32,000 bases of DNA from an uncultured Planctomycetia bacterium (GCA_964536865.1 CAZHYN010000001.1:1-32000); one strand, 5' to 3'; numbered from the stretch's first letter, positions 8,595 through 18,603 are shown. Made by a program: numbers and translations. Notes: generated by a model from the letters alone, not told the origin.

Positions 8595-9064
8595 AGTTTT
8601 ATTCCATTTAAAATTAACAAAGAGGTTAGCAATCCCAACACTGCGTAAAATTCTACAAATACTGCCATCACCAAAGGTTTTACAAAATCGCCGGGTTGTT
8701 TTGCCACCATATATACACCCGTAGCGCAAACCTTCCCTTGGTGTATCCCTGAAACTAACCCTGCCAAAGCTACAGGCAGGCAAGCAAAAAATATCCCTAA
8801 ACCCTGATGGAAATCTAAAGAGACTGCTCCTTTGCCTAAGAAGCCTAATTTCATTATCAATACTACTCCAATTAAGAACCCATAGATACCTTGTGTCCCA
8901 GGCAGAGCGGTTAAAAGAAGCAATGGAGCAAAATTCTCCGGCTTCTCACTCATTACTCCGTTAGAGGCCTGTCCCGCTATACCTACTCCAATAGAGGAAC
9001 CGATTCCTGCTAAAGCTACTGCTGTAGCTCCTCCAAAAATTGCTAAAGCTAACCCCATACCCAT
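8591..9064 (-). CDS. atpK: V/A-type ATPase proteolipid subunit K (four transmembrane helices)
   Basis: 157 aa. Blocks 'GIGSSIGVGIAG', 'LPGTQGIYGF', 'SGIHQGKV' and 'VFVEFYAVLGL' are present. A GGAGG Shine-Dalgarno sequence lies upstream (reverse complement of 9065-9081). Confidence 0.9.
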   Translation of the reverse strand: MGMGLALAIFGGATAVALAGIGSSIGVGIAGQASNGVMSEKPENFAPLLLLTALPGTQGIYGFLIGVVLIMKLGFLGKGAVSLDFHQGLGIFFACLPVALAGLVSGIHQGKVCATGVYMVAKQPGDFVKPLVMAVFVEFYAVLGLLTSLLILNGIKL

Positions 9065-9081
9065 CTTTACCTCCTTCTAGT

Positions 9082-10965
9082 TTACTCTTTTGCTTCCTTT
9101 AAAAGAGCAGCGTATTTAGTCTCTATCTTTAAAGGTTGAAAGAAATCTTTCCCTAAAGCAAAGAATTTAGAGAAGAACTCTACAAATTGAAGCCTAGCAG
9201 AATGGATAAATCCTCCCATAAGATTTATAGAGAGATTAAAAATATGCCCTCCTAAAAAAATTCCTCCTGCAATAAGGAATCCTACAAAAGGAATGCTTAA
9301 GGCCAGCTTAGCTATTAAGTTTATTACCATAGCAATAACTCCTGTAGCCATACCTAAAGCAAGTAAACGAGAGTAGGAGAGGATGTCAGAGAAATAACGA
9401 GTTATTCCATATAACTCATAGAGCCCAATAGCGAATCTTTTTAAGATATTCTTACTCTCTGAAGAAAAAAGCAGTATACCTAAACCAGCCCCTATACTCA
9501 AGAACTTAAACATGGTTAGTTTAAAGATAAAAAAAGAGGGTAGACTTATAAGCATACCTGCCCAGCTTAAAAAGCTTATCGCTCTCTGATAGTTTTTATT
9601 TTTAAACTCTAAGTAGACTTTTAGAACTACGCCCAAAAGGACTTGAAGGAAACCCAAAAAGAAGCAGAAAAGTAAAAATTGAAAAGGTGAGTTTAAGATA
9701 TCTATTCCTTTGAAAGGTAAAGAAATTCCTAAAAAACCTCCTAAAAGGAAGCCTACTAAAAAAGTGGAAAGTCCCAACAAAAATAGGAGTCTAAAGAATG
9801 TCTTTCCGGAGTAAGTCAACTTTTTTCTTTTTAAAATGTAGAAACTTAAACCTGCTAAAATTGCTCCATATCCAGCATCAGATATACATATGCCTACGAA
9901 AAAGAAAAAGAAGGGAGCTAAAAATACCGTAGGATCTAAAGAGGCAGGGTGGGGCACTCCATACATATTAACTAAAATTTGAAAAGGTTCAAACACTGGT
10001 TTATTTCTTAACTTGGTAGGAGGTATTTCCTCTTTAAAAGGCTCTCTTACTCTAATATAAACTTTCTCCCCAAATCTACTTAAGGAGGAGGTTAATTCTT
10101 TCTCTTCCTTTTCTAATACCCAACCTTCCAGAATAAACAGCCTCTTCGTTTTAAGAAAACTCTCTGCTAAAGCATCTTTAAAATTTTCGTTCAGAAGGTA
10201 ATCGTAAAAGAGCATTAACTCTTCCTTATAGACAAGATAGGTCTTTAACCTTTTATCTAAATCCTCAATCTGGTGGTGAATTTCGGAAAGTTTTTGCTCT
10301 AAAATCTTCTTTGCTTCTATAGGAGAGTAGCTTTCAAACTCTTTCCAGATACTGATGGGTAATTCCAAAAGCTCCAACTTCTCTTCTTTCAAAATCTTAA
10401 TTACCTCCTCTTTTTGTTCCTTTCTCGCACACAAAAGTATAATTTCTCTCTTTCCTAAAGAAGTAATAGGTTCCAGTATTACTCCTTCTAGCCTGGAAAG
10501 CTTACTTTTCTCTTTTGGAGATATCTTTAAGAAAAGAAGTTCAACTTTCTTAAGAGAAGCCAGCTCTTTAAGAGGGGTATTTAAAAACTCAACAGTAGAA
10601 AGACTGACTATCTTTTGTCGAATACTTTCTTCTCTCAGAAGAAGCTGGTCTTTCTCCTTTAATATATCTGTGATTTCTTTTAGTTTACTCTCTGCTTTCT
10701 TAAAATCTACTTTTTTAAATCTGTCTTTGTCGATAAATACTTTCTGAGGAAAAATATCTCCTAAAAAATTTTTCTCCCCTAACTGCTCAAATGCTCGAAA
10801 CACTTTCTCTATCTTTTTCAGGGAGGAGACCTCCTGCCAAGAGAAACTCTTAGAAGAGATGTTCTCTACGTGAAGAATTTCCTTCTCCTGTAATGTTTCT
10901 ATAACGGGTTTCTTTAGTTCCTGGAAACCTACAATCTGAACCTTTTTAACCCTCTCTATAGCCAT
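9082..10965 (-). CDS. atpI: V/A-type ATPase subunit I (membrane stator, a-type)
   Basis: 627 aa. The N-terminal half is a soluble coiled coil and the C-terminal half is polytopic membrane, containing 'YSRLLALGMATGVIA' (the conserved Arg region). Its operon position fits. Confidence 0.88.
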   Translation of the reverse strand: MAIERVKKVQIVGFQELKKPVIETLQEKEILHVENISSKSFSWQEVSSLKKIEKVFRAFEQLGEKNFLGDIFPQKVFIDKDRFKKVDFKKAESKLKEITDILKEKDQLLLREESIRQKIVSLSTVEFLNTPLKELASLKKVELLFLKISPKEKSKLSRLEGVILEPITSLGKREIILLCARKEQKEEVIKILKEEKLELLELPISIWKEFESYSPIEAKKILEQKLSEIHHQIEDLDKRLKTYLVYKEELMLFYDYLLNENFKDALAESFLKTKRLFILEGWVLEKEEKELTSSLSRFGEKVYIRVREPFKEEIPPTKLRNKPVFEPFQILVNMYGVPHPASLDPTVFLAPFFFFFVGICISDAGYGAILAGLSFYILKRKKLTYSGKTFFRLLFLLGLSTFLVGFLLGGFLGISLPFKGIDILNSPFQFLLFCFFLGFLQVLLGVVLKVYLEFKNKNYQRAISFLSWAGMLISLPSFFIFKLTMFKFLSIGAGLGILLFSSESKNILKRFAIGLYELYGITRYFSDILSYSRLLALGMATGVIAMVINLIAKLALSIPFVGFLIAGGIFLGGHIFNLSINLMGGFIHSARLQFVEFFSKFFALGKDFFQPLKIETKYAALLKEAKE

Positions 10966-11278
10966 CTATCTGAGAGATTAAAAGTTCCTCTAGCTTTTTA
11001 ACAATATCCTGTTTCTGCTCTCTTAACTTTTCTAAAATTTGTTCACCTTCTTTATAGAGCCGTGCTTTCTCCTCTTCTATTTGTTTTAAGATCTCTTCTC
11101 TGAGTTTGGTTTTTCTTTCCTCGTACATTCTTTTTACTCTATCAAAGATATTTTTTCTTTCTTGATAGGCTAACTCTACAATCTTATTATACTCCTCTTT
11201 GGCTTGTTCACTGATTCTTTCTGCTAATTCCTCTTTAGCTCTTATTTTCTCTATAATCTTATCCAATTCTTGATTCAT
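10946..11278 (-). CDS. V/A-type ATPase small stalk subunit (G/H-type)
   Basis: 110 aa, entirely K/E-rich coiled coil. It is the first gene of the ATPase block and overlaps the I gene by 20 nt. The call rests on size, composition and position. Confidence 0.5.
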   Translation of the reverse strand: MNQELDKIIEKIRAKEELAERISEQAKEEYNKIVELAYQERKNIFDRVKRMYEERKTKLREEILKQIEEEKARLYKEGEQILEKLREQKQDIVKKLEELLISQIDGYREG

Positions 11279-11279
11279 C

Positions 11280-12434
11280 TTAATTCAATTTTTCTAAGAG
11301 TTGCCGTGAAATACCAATATCAGCTACAAATATCTCCCCGCAGAAATCTAACCCCTTATTTAAAAAGAAACCCTCTTTAGGAGCAATGAAAGTAACAGTG
11401 TAATCTGCTTTTACAATGAAAGGATGAACCGCTCCTTGACGAGGGGAAAGACCGCTAGGAATATCACAGGCAACTGTTTTACTTTTACTTGCGTTTATTT
11501 GTTCAATAACCTTTTTAATAAAAGGGGCAGGCTCTCCTTTTATCCCTATCCCTAAAATTCCATCTAAAATAAAATCCTTATTCTTTAGAACGCTCTTTAG
11601 AATCCTTAAGTCCTCTTCAGTATCTACAAAATGAATCTTTTTAATCTTCTCTAGAATACTTACCTGGAATTTAACTTCCTCGCCAGCTTCATCATAATTT
11701 AAAATGGCGATCTCTACCTGGTAACCCTTGCCTAAAAGCTTGCGTGCACAACTCAATGTATCTGCTCCATTGTTACCTCTCCCAGCAATCACCATTCCTT
11801 TTTTGCCCAGATTCAACTTCTCTATGAAAGAGGTAAGTTCATAAGATGCGTTCTCAATGAGAATCCTTTCGCTCAATCCTGCTTTTTTTGCTCTCTCTTC
11901 CCACTTCCTTATCTCCTCTAAAGGAACCGTATTTAAGAAAATTTGGGCGTAATTTAAAATCTGAGAGAAATTTTCTTTAGTTAGCTGAAGCAGGGTCACC
12001 GAAGATAAACTTTTTACTTTCTCTAAAAAGGGATTTTCTCCTTTTAAAGGGATTGTAGAGATAGTCTTTTTCTTTTGCAAAATCTGCCAGAGAATTTGTT
12101 TAAACTTCTCAGAAAATAACTCCATCTTACCTATTTCATCTATTACCAAATACTCACAATTCTGGCTTAAACATTCATTTAGCTCCTTTACCGCTATTCT
12201 GTTAAATGTATCTATGTCTACTTTATACTGAGATACTTTAAAGGGGGTGGAGAAATTTATGTGGGCAAAAATGGCTTCTTCACCCAAAAGAGTTCTTACC
12301 TTAAACCCTAACCTTTTACTCTTTTCTCTTATCTCTTCAGTATAGAATCCCCTAAGATGAGGGTTCTTCTTCAATAGCTCCTTAATAAGAGTTGTTTTGC
12401 CCACCCCTGGAGAGCCTTGGATAAGGAGGTGCAT
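11280..12434 (-). CDS. Fusion protein: THEP1-type NTPase (N-terminal) and NAD(P)HX epimerase / YjeF_N domain (C-terminal)
   Basis: Residues 1 to about 165 have Walker A 'GSPGVGKTT', 'GFYTEE' and Walker B 'LVIDEIGKMELFS', closely resembling Aquifex THEP1. Residues about 170 to 384 have 'GRGNNGADTLSCARKLL', 'DGILGIGIKGEP' and 'VACDIPSGL', which mark YjeF_N. Confidence 0.75.
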   Translation of the reverse strand: MHLLIQGSPGVGKTTLIKELLKKNPHLRGFYTEEIREKSKRLGFKVRTLLGEEAIFAHINFSTPFKVSQYKVDIDTFNRIAVKELNECLSQNCEYLVIDEIGKMELFSEKFKQILWQILQKKKTISTIPLKGENPFLEKVKSLSSVTLLQLTKENFSQILNYAQIFLNTVPLEEIRKWEERAKKAGLSERILIENASYELTSFIEKLNLGKKGMVIAGRGNNGADTLSCARKLLGKGYQVEIAILNYDEAGEEVKFQVSILEKIKKIHFVDTEEDLRILKSVLKNKDFILDGILGIGIKGEPAPFIKKVIEQINASKSKTVACDIPSGLSPRQGAVHPFIVKADYTVTFIAPKEGFFLNKGLDFCGEIFVADIGISRQLLEKLN

Positions 12435-12439
12435 CTATT

Positions 12440-13414
12440 CTAGTGGTTATCTTTCTCTTTTCTAAACAAATCTAAAAATCTATCTTCGTATTCCCGGTAA
12501 ACGCTCCAACGATCAAGTTCCTCTTTAAGTTCTCTCGCTTTGGATATATCTTTCTTTGCTTCTTTAAAAAGAGCCTCTATCTTTTCTCTTGCAGATTGGG
12601 GAAGCTTGGTATAGGCAGCTAAGTCTTTCTTGATTTTCTCAATATCCTCCTCACTGAGGGGGAGGGGTCCTTGAGGAAGGGGTTCTCCTTTTAGATAAGC
12701 AATAAGTTTATCTATCTCTTCCTCAATAAACCTTGCTCTTTCTGTAAGAGGCATTAAATTTAAATTTAAATGGAGGTATTTATCCAAAACTTTTAAAATT
12801 TTCCCGCTTGCTTTAGGATTCTCAATCTGGACAGTGTAAATAGGAATTTCTGCTAACAGACAAATTCCTTTTACTTTAAATTGCTTAGCTACTCCTAAGA
12901 TGAGCCCATTTAGCCCGCTAATCTGTCCTTGGAGAAGCACTTTTATATTAAACTTTTTAAACGTTTCCAAGAGTTGAGGATGAGTAGCTACTACCCAGAG
13001 AGAGGGTTCACTTTTATGGTCTATGGCCTCGGGCTTAGCAGCAAAGCTTATAACCATCTGGGGTTTAAATTTTTTAGCATACTCCATAATTACTCGGGCA
13101 AATTCTTCCCCTCTCTCTAAAGGAGGTTGAGCCTCACCTACAAAGAGAAGTAAATCCGGGGTAGCTCTCTGAGCTTTAGGGGCTTTAAAATAATAAAAGA
13201 AACCAGCAGGAACTGTAGGAAGTTCTGCTATCCCTTTTTCCACAATAACTGCTGCTGGTTTAAAAAAATTTCCTGCCTCTAACTTGGCAAACATTTTAAA
13301 TCTCAATGCTTCTTTAAGAAATAAAGCGCTTTTGTAGGCTACCTCTCCCATTCCTGGCCAGGCTAAAATGAAAATAGGACTTTTCAACTTAGGAACTGTT
13401 ATCTCCTTTATCAT
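12440..13414 (-). CDS. PAC2 (proteasome assembly chaperone 2)-family protein with a C-terminal coiled-coil extension
   Basis: 324 aa. 'PIFILAWPGMGEVAYKSALFL...DLLLFVGEAQPP' resembles the PAC2 family N-terminal block. The C-terminal 80 aa or so are charged and helical. No HbYX-like C-terminus is present. Confidence 0.55.
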   Translation of the reverse strand: MIKEITVPKLKSPIFILAWPGMGEVAYKSALFLKEALRFKMFAKLEAGNFFKPAAVIVEKGIAELPTVPAGFFYYFKAPKAQRATPDLLLFVGEAQPPLERGEEFARVIMEYAKKFKPQMVISFAAKPEAIDHKSEPSLWVVATHPQLLETFKKFNIKVLLQGQISGLNGLILGVAKQFKVKGICLLAEIPIYTVQIENPKASGKILKVLDKYLHLNLNLMPLTERARFIEEEIDKLIAYLKGEPLPQGPLPLSEEDIEKIKKDLAAYTKLPQSAREKIEALFKEAKKDISKARELKEELDRWSVYREYEDRFLDLFRKEKDNH

Positions 13415-13459
13415 TGTTCTTTAATTTATCATAACTAAAGAAAAACACAAGGTTAAATT

Positions 13460-14137
13460 TCAATCCTTGCTACTTCGTGTGTCCACAATCACAGTAAATT
13501 CTCCTCGAGGAGGATTTTTTTCAAAATAAGTTAGGAGTTCCTGAGGATACCCTATTTTTACTTCTTGATAAAACTTAGTCATCTCTCTTACTATTGCACA
13601 TCTCTTCCTTCCTAAAATATCTCGTATCTGAAGAAGAAGTTTCTTTATCCGCTGAGGTGATTCAAAAATAACTAACGTTGTCTTTACCTCCTTTAAAGGC
13701 ATTAATCTCTTCTGCAGTTCCCCTTTCTTACGAGGGAGAAACCCTAAGAAGAAAAAACTATCTGTAGGAAATCCACTTAAAAGTAAAGCAGTAATAACTG
13801 CTGATGGTCCTGGTAAACACTCTACCTTTATTCCTTCTTTGTAGCAACGCCTTACCAGTTTATACCCTGGATCAGAAATACAAGGAGTACCTGCATTGGA
13901 AAGGAGAGCAATTCTTTTACCTTTCTTTAGAAGGTTAATTATGTAAGGAAGGCGTTTTTCTTCATTATATTCAAAAAAACTTATAAAATGTTTTTTAGGA
14001 AGGTTATGGTATTTAAGAAGGAGTCCACTCCTGCGGGTATCTTCAGCTAAGATAAAATCTACTTCTCTCAGCACAGTAAGAGCTCTTAAAGTTATATCTT
14101 GAAGGTTGCCTATAGGAGTTGCTATTAGATAGAGCAT
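13460..14137 (-). CDS. rsmI: 16S rRNA (cytidine1402-2'-O)-methyltransferase
   Basis: 225 aa. 'LYLIATPIGNLQDITLRALTVLREVDFILAEDTRRSGLLL' is the typical RsmI N-terminus. Confidence 0.9.
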   Translation of the reverse strand: MLYLIATPIGNLQDITLRALTVLREVDFILAEDTRRSGLLLKYHNLPKKHFISFFEYNEEKRLPYIINLLKKGKRIALLSNAGTPCISDPGYKLVRRCYKEGIKVECLPGPSAVITALLLSGFPTDSFFFLGFLPRKKGELQKRLMPLKEVKTTLVIFESPQRIKKLLLQIRDILGRKRCAIVREMTKFYQEVKIGYPQELLTYFEKNPPRGEFTVIVDTRSSKD

Positions 14138-14142
14138 TGGAG

Positions 14143-15972
14143 TTACTCTACAGTAACTGACTTAGCTAAGTTACGTGGTTGATCTATCTCGCACCCTAAA
14201 TTTTTTGCCACAAAGTAAGCAAAACTCTGCAAAGGTATAGCTACTAAGAGAGGACTTAAATCCTGATTACTTAGCTTAGGGATGAAAACTTTCTCCTCAG
14301 CCAAAGAGACGATTTCTTTATCACCTTTAGTTAAAATCGCTAAAATTTTCCCCTTTCTTGCTTTTATCTCACAAATATTGGAAATCATCTTTTCGTAGAG
14401 ATTATCTTGAGGAGCGATACACACCACAGCACGGTATTCATCAATCAAAGCTATAGGACCGTGCTTCATCTCTCCTGCAGGATATCCCTCCGCAGGAATA
14501 TAGGATATCTCTTTAAGTTTAAGTGCCCCCTCTAAAGCAGAAGGATAATTTATTCCTCTTCCTAAAAATAGGAAACATCCAAACTTAGAAAACCTTTCAG
14601 CTATCCTTCGGAGAAAATCAAGGTCCTTTAAAACCTCCTCCTGATAGCGAGGAATTTCCCTTAGTTCCTTTAAAATCTTTCTTTCTTGAAGAGAAGTTAA
14701 AAGTCCTTTCACCTTAGCCAAGTAAATGGTAAAAAGGGAAAGAACAAAGAGTTGGGCGGTATAAGCTTTGGTAGAAGCTACACCAATCTCGGGTCCTGCA
14801 AAGGTAGGAATAAGCGTATCTGCTTCTTTAGTGAGGGTAGAACCTAACACATTACAAATCCCCAACACCTTAGCTCCCTTTAACTTAACCTCCCTTACGC
14901 TAGCCAAAGTATCTGCTGTCTCCCCTGATTGAGATATAGCTATTACCAAATCCCCTTTTCTTATAGGGAGACTGCGGTATCTTGCTTCTGAGGAAACATC
15001 TATTTCTACACTTACTCTTGCGTACTTCTCTAACAGATACTTTCCCACAAAACCAGCATGAAAAGCTGTTCCACAGGCAAAGATAAAAATTCTTTTAAGG
15101 GTGCGAAGATACTCTTCTGATAAAGTCAAATCTTTAAATTTTACTTTCCCTCTCTTTATGTAAAGAGAATATAAGTTTTTTAGAATCTGGGGTTGTTCGC
15201 ATATTTCTTTCAACATAAAGTGAGTAAACTTTCCTTTTTCAACCTGTTGAGAAGAAATCGTTACCCTCCCTACTTTAGGATATCTTCTACGTCGATGAAA
15301 ATCATAAACTTCCCAATTGCTTTTGCTTATCACTCCTACCTGTCTGTCTGCCAAATTAACTACTCTCTTGGTATAAAAACTTATTGCAGGAATGTCTGAA
15401 GCTACTAAAAAACCTCCTTTAAGAACCCCTAAGCTTAGTGGCGAGTCCTTTCTTACTACAAAGATCTTATCTAAAGAGGAAACCAGTGCTACAATAGCAA
15501 AGCTACCTTCTAAGAGATTTACTACCTCCAATAGTGCTTCTAAGGGATTCTTTCTTCTTTTAATATACTCTTCCCAAAGATGAGGGATAATTTCTGTATC
15601 AGTCTGAGATCTAAACCTGTGTCCTCTTTTTAAAAGAAACTTTTTTAACTCTTTATAATTTTCCACAATTCCATTATGGACAACAAAAATGTGCCTTTGG
15701 CAGTCAAAGTGAGGATGGGCATTTATTCTATTAGGTATCCCATGAGTAGCCCAACGGGTATGAGCAATTCCTATATCAAACTGATGGGAAGAAAGTTCTC
15801 TTTTTAGTCCTTCTATCTTGCCTCTCCTTTTTTTTAAGATTATTCTTAAGGAATCTTTAACTCGGTAAGCAACCCCGCAGGAGTCATAACCCCGATACTC
15901 TAATCTCTTCAATGTCTCTACTAAAAAAATAATGGGCTTGCTTTCCCCTATATATCCTACTATCCCACACAT
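14143..15972 (-). CDS. glmS: Glutamine--fructose-6-phosphate aminotransferase
   Basis: 609 aa. It starts MCGIVGYIG (N-terminal nucleophile Cys), contains two SIS domains, and ends ...LAKSVTVE. Confidence 0.97.
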   Translation of the reverse strand: MCGIVGYIGESKPIIFLVETLKRLEYRGYDSCGVAYRVKDSLRIILKKRRGKIEGLKRELSSHQFDIGIAHTRWATHGIPNRINAHPHFDCQRHIFVVHNGIVENYKELKKFLLKRGHRFRSQTDTEIIPHLWEEYIKRRKNPLEALLEVVNLLEGSFAIVALVSSLDKIFVVRKDSPLSLGVLKGGFLVASDIPAISFYTKRVVNLADRQVGVISKSNWEVYDFHRRRRYPKVGRVTISSQQVEKGKFTHFMLKEICEQPQILKNLYSLYIKRGKVKFKDLTLSEEYLRTLKRIFIFACGTAFHAGFVGKYLLEKYARVSVEIDVSSEARYRSLPIRKGDLVIAISQSGETADTLASVREVKLKGAKVLGICNVLGSTLTKEADTLIPTFAGPEIGVASTKAYTAQLFVLSLFTIYLAKVKGLLTSLQERKILKELREIPRYQEEVLKDLDFLRRIAERFSKFGCFLFLGRGINYPSALEGALKLKEISYIPAEGYPAGEMKHGPIALIDEYRAVVCIAPQDNLYEKMISNICEIKARKGKILAILTKGDKEIVSLAEEKVFIPKLSNQDLSPLLVAIPLQSFAYFVAKNLGCEIDQPRNLAKSVTVE

Positions 15973-16036
15973 CAGTTTACCGAGAGGGTTCTTGTGAAAG
16001 AATTTTAATATTTTGTTGACTCTTAAATTTATATCG

Positions 16037-16110
16037 CGACCCCAGCCGGATTTGAACCGGCGCTACAGGCTCGAAAGGCCTGAGTCCTAACCGGGCTAGA
16101 CGATGGGGTC
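16037..16110 (-). tRNA. tRNA-Glu (anticodon TTC)
   Basis: Minus-strand cloverleaf. Acceptor GACCCCA/TGGGGTC, D stem GTCT/GGAC, anticodon stem CAGGC/GCCTG with loop CTTTCGA, T arm GCCGG-TTCAAAT-CCGGC, discriminator G. Confidence 0.9.
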
Positions 16111-16158
16111 GTAGCTAGAAAGTAAATTATATTTCCAAGTTTGCAAAAGTCAACTCTT

Positions 16159-18603
16159 TTACTCTTGAGGAACAATTCTTACTATAGAAGCTAAACGATC
16201 GTCTTCCCCTAAATTTATTATCTTAACTCCTTGGGTTATTCTTCCAGTTTCTCTTATACTCTCCACCTTCACTCTTATAAGCACCCCCTTTTGAGTAATG
16301 CACATCACCTCATCATTTTGGCCCACCAATGTTCCTGCTATCACTTCACCAATTTTGGGAGTGAGTTTTATGTTTACTATCCCTTTGCCTGCTCGTGACT
16401 GTGTTCGGTAAGCATCGATATGAGTCCTTTTGGCATAACCTCTTTCTGTAGCAGTAAGGATATAAAAGTTCTTTTTCTTTATCCCCCCATTTAAAACCAC
16501 CATTCCTACTACTCCATCTCCTTTGATTAATTTTACCCCTCTTACACCTGCAGATTTTCTTCCCGTAGGTCTTATCTCTCTAACTTTAAAACGAATAGCA
16601 AATCCCTTTCTAGTAATAAGCACTGCTTCTGAACCACTAGTAGCAACAGCTGCTCCTATTAATTTATCCTCTCCAGTTAAGTTTATAGCAAATATTCCAC
16701 TTCTTCTTAAATTAGAAAATAGTGAGAGCTGGGTTCGTTTAATCAAACCTTTTTGAGTAGCCATAAAAATATATTCCTTCTCTCCGAATTCTTTTATTGC
16801 CAAAATGGTAGTAATTTTCTCTTGAGAAGAAAGGCTTAAAAGATTCACAATAGCTCTTCCTCGTGACGTGCGTGAACCTAAAGGAAGCTGATAAGTCTTA
16901 AGAGAGTAAACCTTTCCCTGGGTAGTGAAGATAAGAAGAGTGTCTTTGCTAGAAGAGACAAAAAGATGTTCTACGAAATCCTCCTCTCTAGGAGTAATAG
17001 CAGTAATACCTCTGCCCCCTCTTGCCTGGCGTCGGTAAACACTAACCGGTTGCCTTTTTATATACCCAGACCCAGTAACAGTAATAACTACGTCCTCCTC
17101 AATAATCAAATCTTCAACTTCGATCTCTTCCTTCTTAGCTAAAATCTCTGTGCGTCGAGGATCAGCGAATTTCTCTTTAATCTCCTTAAGTTCTTGTTTA
17201 ATAATCTCTTCTTGTTTCTTCTCTGAAGACAGCACCAGATTATAATATTCTATTCTCTTAATTAACTCTAAATACTCCTGGTCTATCTTTTTCCTCTCTA
17301 AAGCACAGAGACGTTGCAGTTGCATTTCTAAAATACTTTGTGCTTGAGCAGGGGTAAGAGAAAACTTCTTTATCAATCCTTCCTTTGCTTCTTGAGGAGT
17401 TTTTGCCTTCTTTATAAGCTCTACTACTTTGTCCAAAAATTTTAATGCTATCTTCAGACCTTCTAAAATATGTGCTCTTCTCTTAGCCCTCTCTAATTCG
17501 AATCTGGTTCTGCGAGTAATAATTTCCTTTCTAAATCTTATATGGGAGGTAAGAATTTCTCTTAAGTTTAGAATCTGGGGTTTCCTGTTTAAAAGAGCCA
17601 GAAGAATTACCCCAAAGGTGACTTCTAAGTTGGTGTGTTTATAAAATTGATTTAAAATTACTTGAGGTTGGGCATCTCTTTTTAATTCTGCTACAATACG
17701 AACTCCTTCCTTATCTGACTCATCTCTTAGGTCAGCAACTCCTTCGATTTTTTTTGAATTGATCAAGTGAGCCATCGACTCTATAAGAGCAGACTTATTA
17801 ATTTGGTAAGGAATCTCAGTAATTACAATATAAGAACGGTTGTTTTGATGCTCGATAGTAGCTCTTCCTCGCAAGGTTAGCTTACCCTTTCCTTCTCGAT
17901 AAGCCTTTAAAACTTCCTCCTTGCCACAAATTATCCCTCCAGTAGGAAAATCTGGACCTTTTATAAAACGAGTTAGGTCTTTTACAGAAGCATCGGGATT
18001 GTCCAAAAGAAAAATTAAAGCGTCCACAACTTCACTTAAGTTATGAGGAGGGATATTGGTAGCCATTCCTACCGCTATCCCGCTTGCTCCATTAATAAGA
18101 AGTTGAGGTACACTGGTAGGTAAAACTTCTGGTTCCTGAAGAGAGTTATCAAAATTAGGAAAAAAGTTTACCGTGTTCTTCTCTATATCAGAAAGAAGAT
18201 AATCGGCGATAGGAGCCAATCTTGCTTCGGTATACCTCATCGCTGCAGGAGGATCTCCATCGATAGAACCGAAGTTCCCCTGAGCATCAATTAAAGGATA
18301 CCTTAAGGAAAAATCTTGCCCCATCCTTACCAAGGCATCGTAAACCGCTACGTCTCCGTGAGGATGGTACTTACCTAAAGTTTCTCCCACGATTCTTGCG
18401 CTCTTTTTGTGGGGCTGGTTATAGCGGAGATTAAGCTGGCTCATAGTATAAAGGATTCGTCTCTGGACAGGCTTTAGGCCATCTCTTACATCAGGGAGAG
18501 CCCTACCTACAATTACGCTCATAGCATAAGAAAGGTAGGAATCTTTCATTTCCTCTTCCAAGTCTCTAAGAATAATCGTCTGCTTTAGAAACTCCTTGAC
18601 CAT
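16159..18603 (-). CDS. gyrA: DNA gyrase subunit A
   Basis: 814 aa. Blocks '[19 protein letters not shown]' and '[15 protein letters not shown]' are present, followed by C-terminal beta-pinwheel repeats. Confidence 0.97.
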   Translation of the reverse strand: MVKEFLKQTIILRDLEEEMKDSYLSYAMSVIVGRALPDVRDGLKPVQRRILYTMSQLNLRYNQPHKKSARIVGETLGKYHPHGDVAVYDALVRMGQDFSLRYPLIDAQGNFGSIDGDPPAAMRYTEARLAPIADYLLSDIEKNTVNFFPNFDNSLQEPEVLPTSVPQLLINGASGIAVGMATNIPPHNLSEVVDALIFLLDNPDASVKDLTRFIKGPDFPTGGIICGKEEVLKAYREGKGKLTLRGRATIEHQNNRSYIVITEIPYQINKSALIESMAHLINSKKIEGVADLRDESDKEGVRIVAELKRDAQPQVILNQFYKHTNLEVTFGVILLALLNRKPQILNLREILTSHIRFRKEIITRRTRFELERAKRRAHILEGLKIALKFLDKVVELIKKAKTPQEAKEGLIKKFSLTPAQAQSILEMQLQRLCALERKKIDQEYLELIKRIEYYNLVLSSEKKQEEIIKQELKEIKEKFADPRRTEILAKKEEIEVEDLIIEEDVVITVTGSGYIKRQPVSVYRRQARGGRGITAITPREEDFVEHLFVSSSKDTLLIFTTQGKVYSLKTYQLPLGSRTSRGRAIVNLLSLSSQEKITTILAIKEFGEKEYIFMATQKGLIKRTQLSLFSNLRRSGIFAINLTGEDKLIGAAVATSGSEAVLITRKGFAIRFKVREIRPTGRKSAGVRGVKLIKGDGVVGMVVLNGGIKKKNFYILTATERGYAKRTHIDAYRTQSRAGKGIVNIKLTPKIGEVIAGTLVGQNDEVMCITQKGVLIRVKVESIRETGRITQGVKIINLGEDDRLASIVRIVPQE

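Noticed and set aside
8595-8783. N-terminal 63-aa extension of the tracked 208-aa ORF (subunit E)
   Set aside because: It lies entirely inside the K-subunit gene in another frame and has an odd composition (MPACSFGRVSFRDTPREG...). The internal ATG at 8594 overlaps the K stop codon (ATGA) and begins the typical K/E-rich stalk sequence.
15973-16036. Possible glmS ribozyme upstream of glmS
   Set aside because: Only about 64 nt separate the glmS start from tRNA-Glu. That is far too short for the ribozyme of about 170 nt, and I saw no recognisable core sequence.
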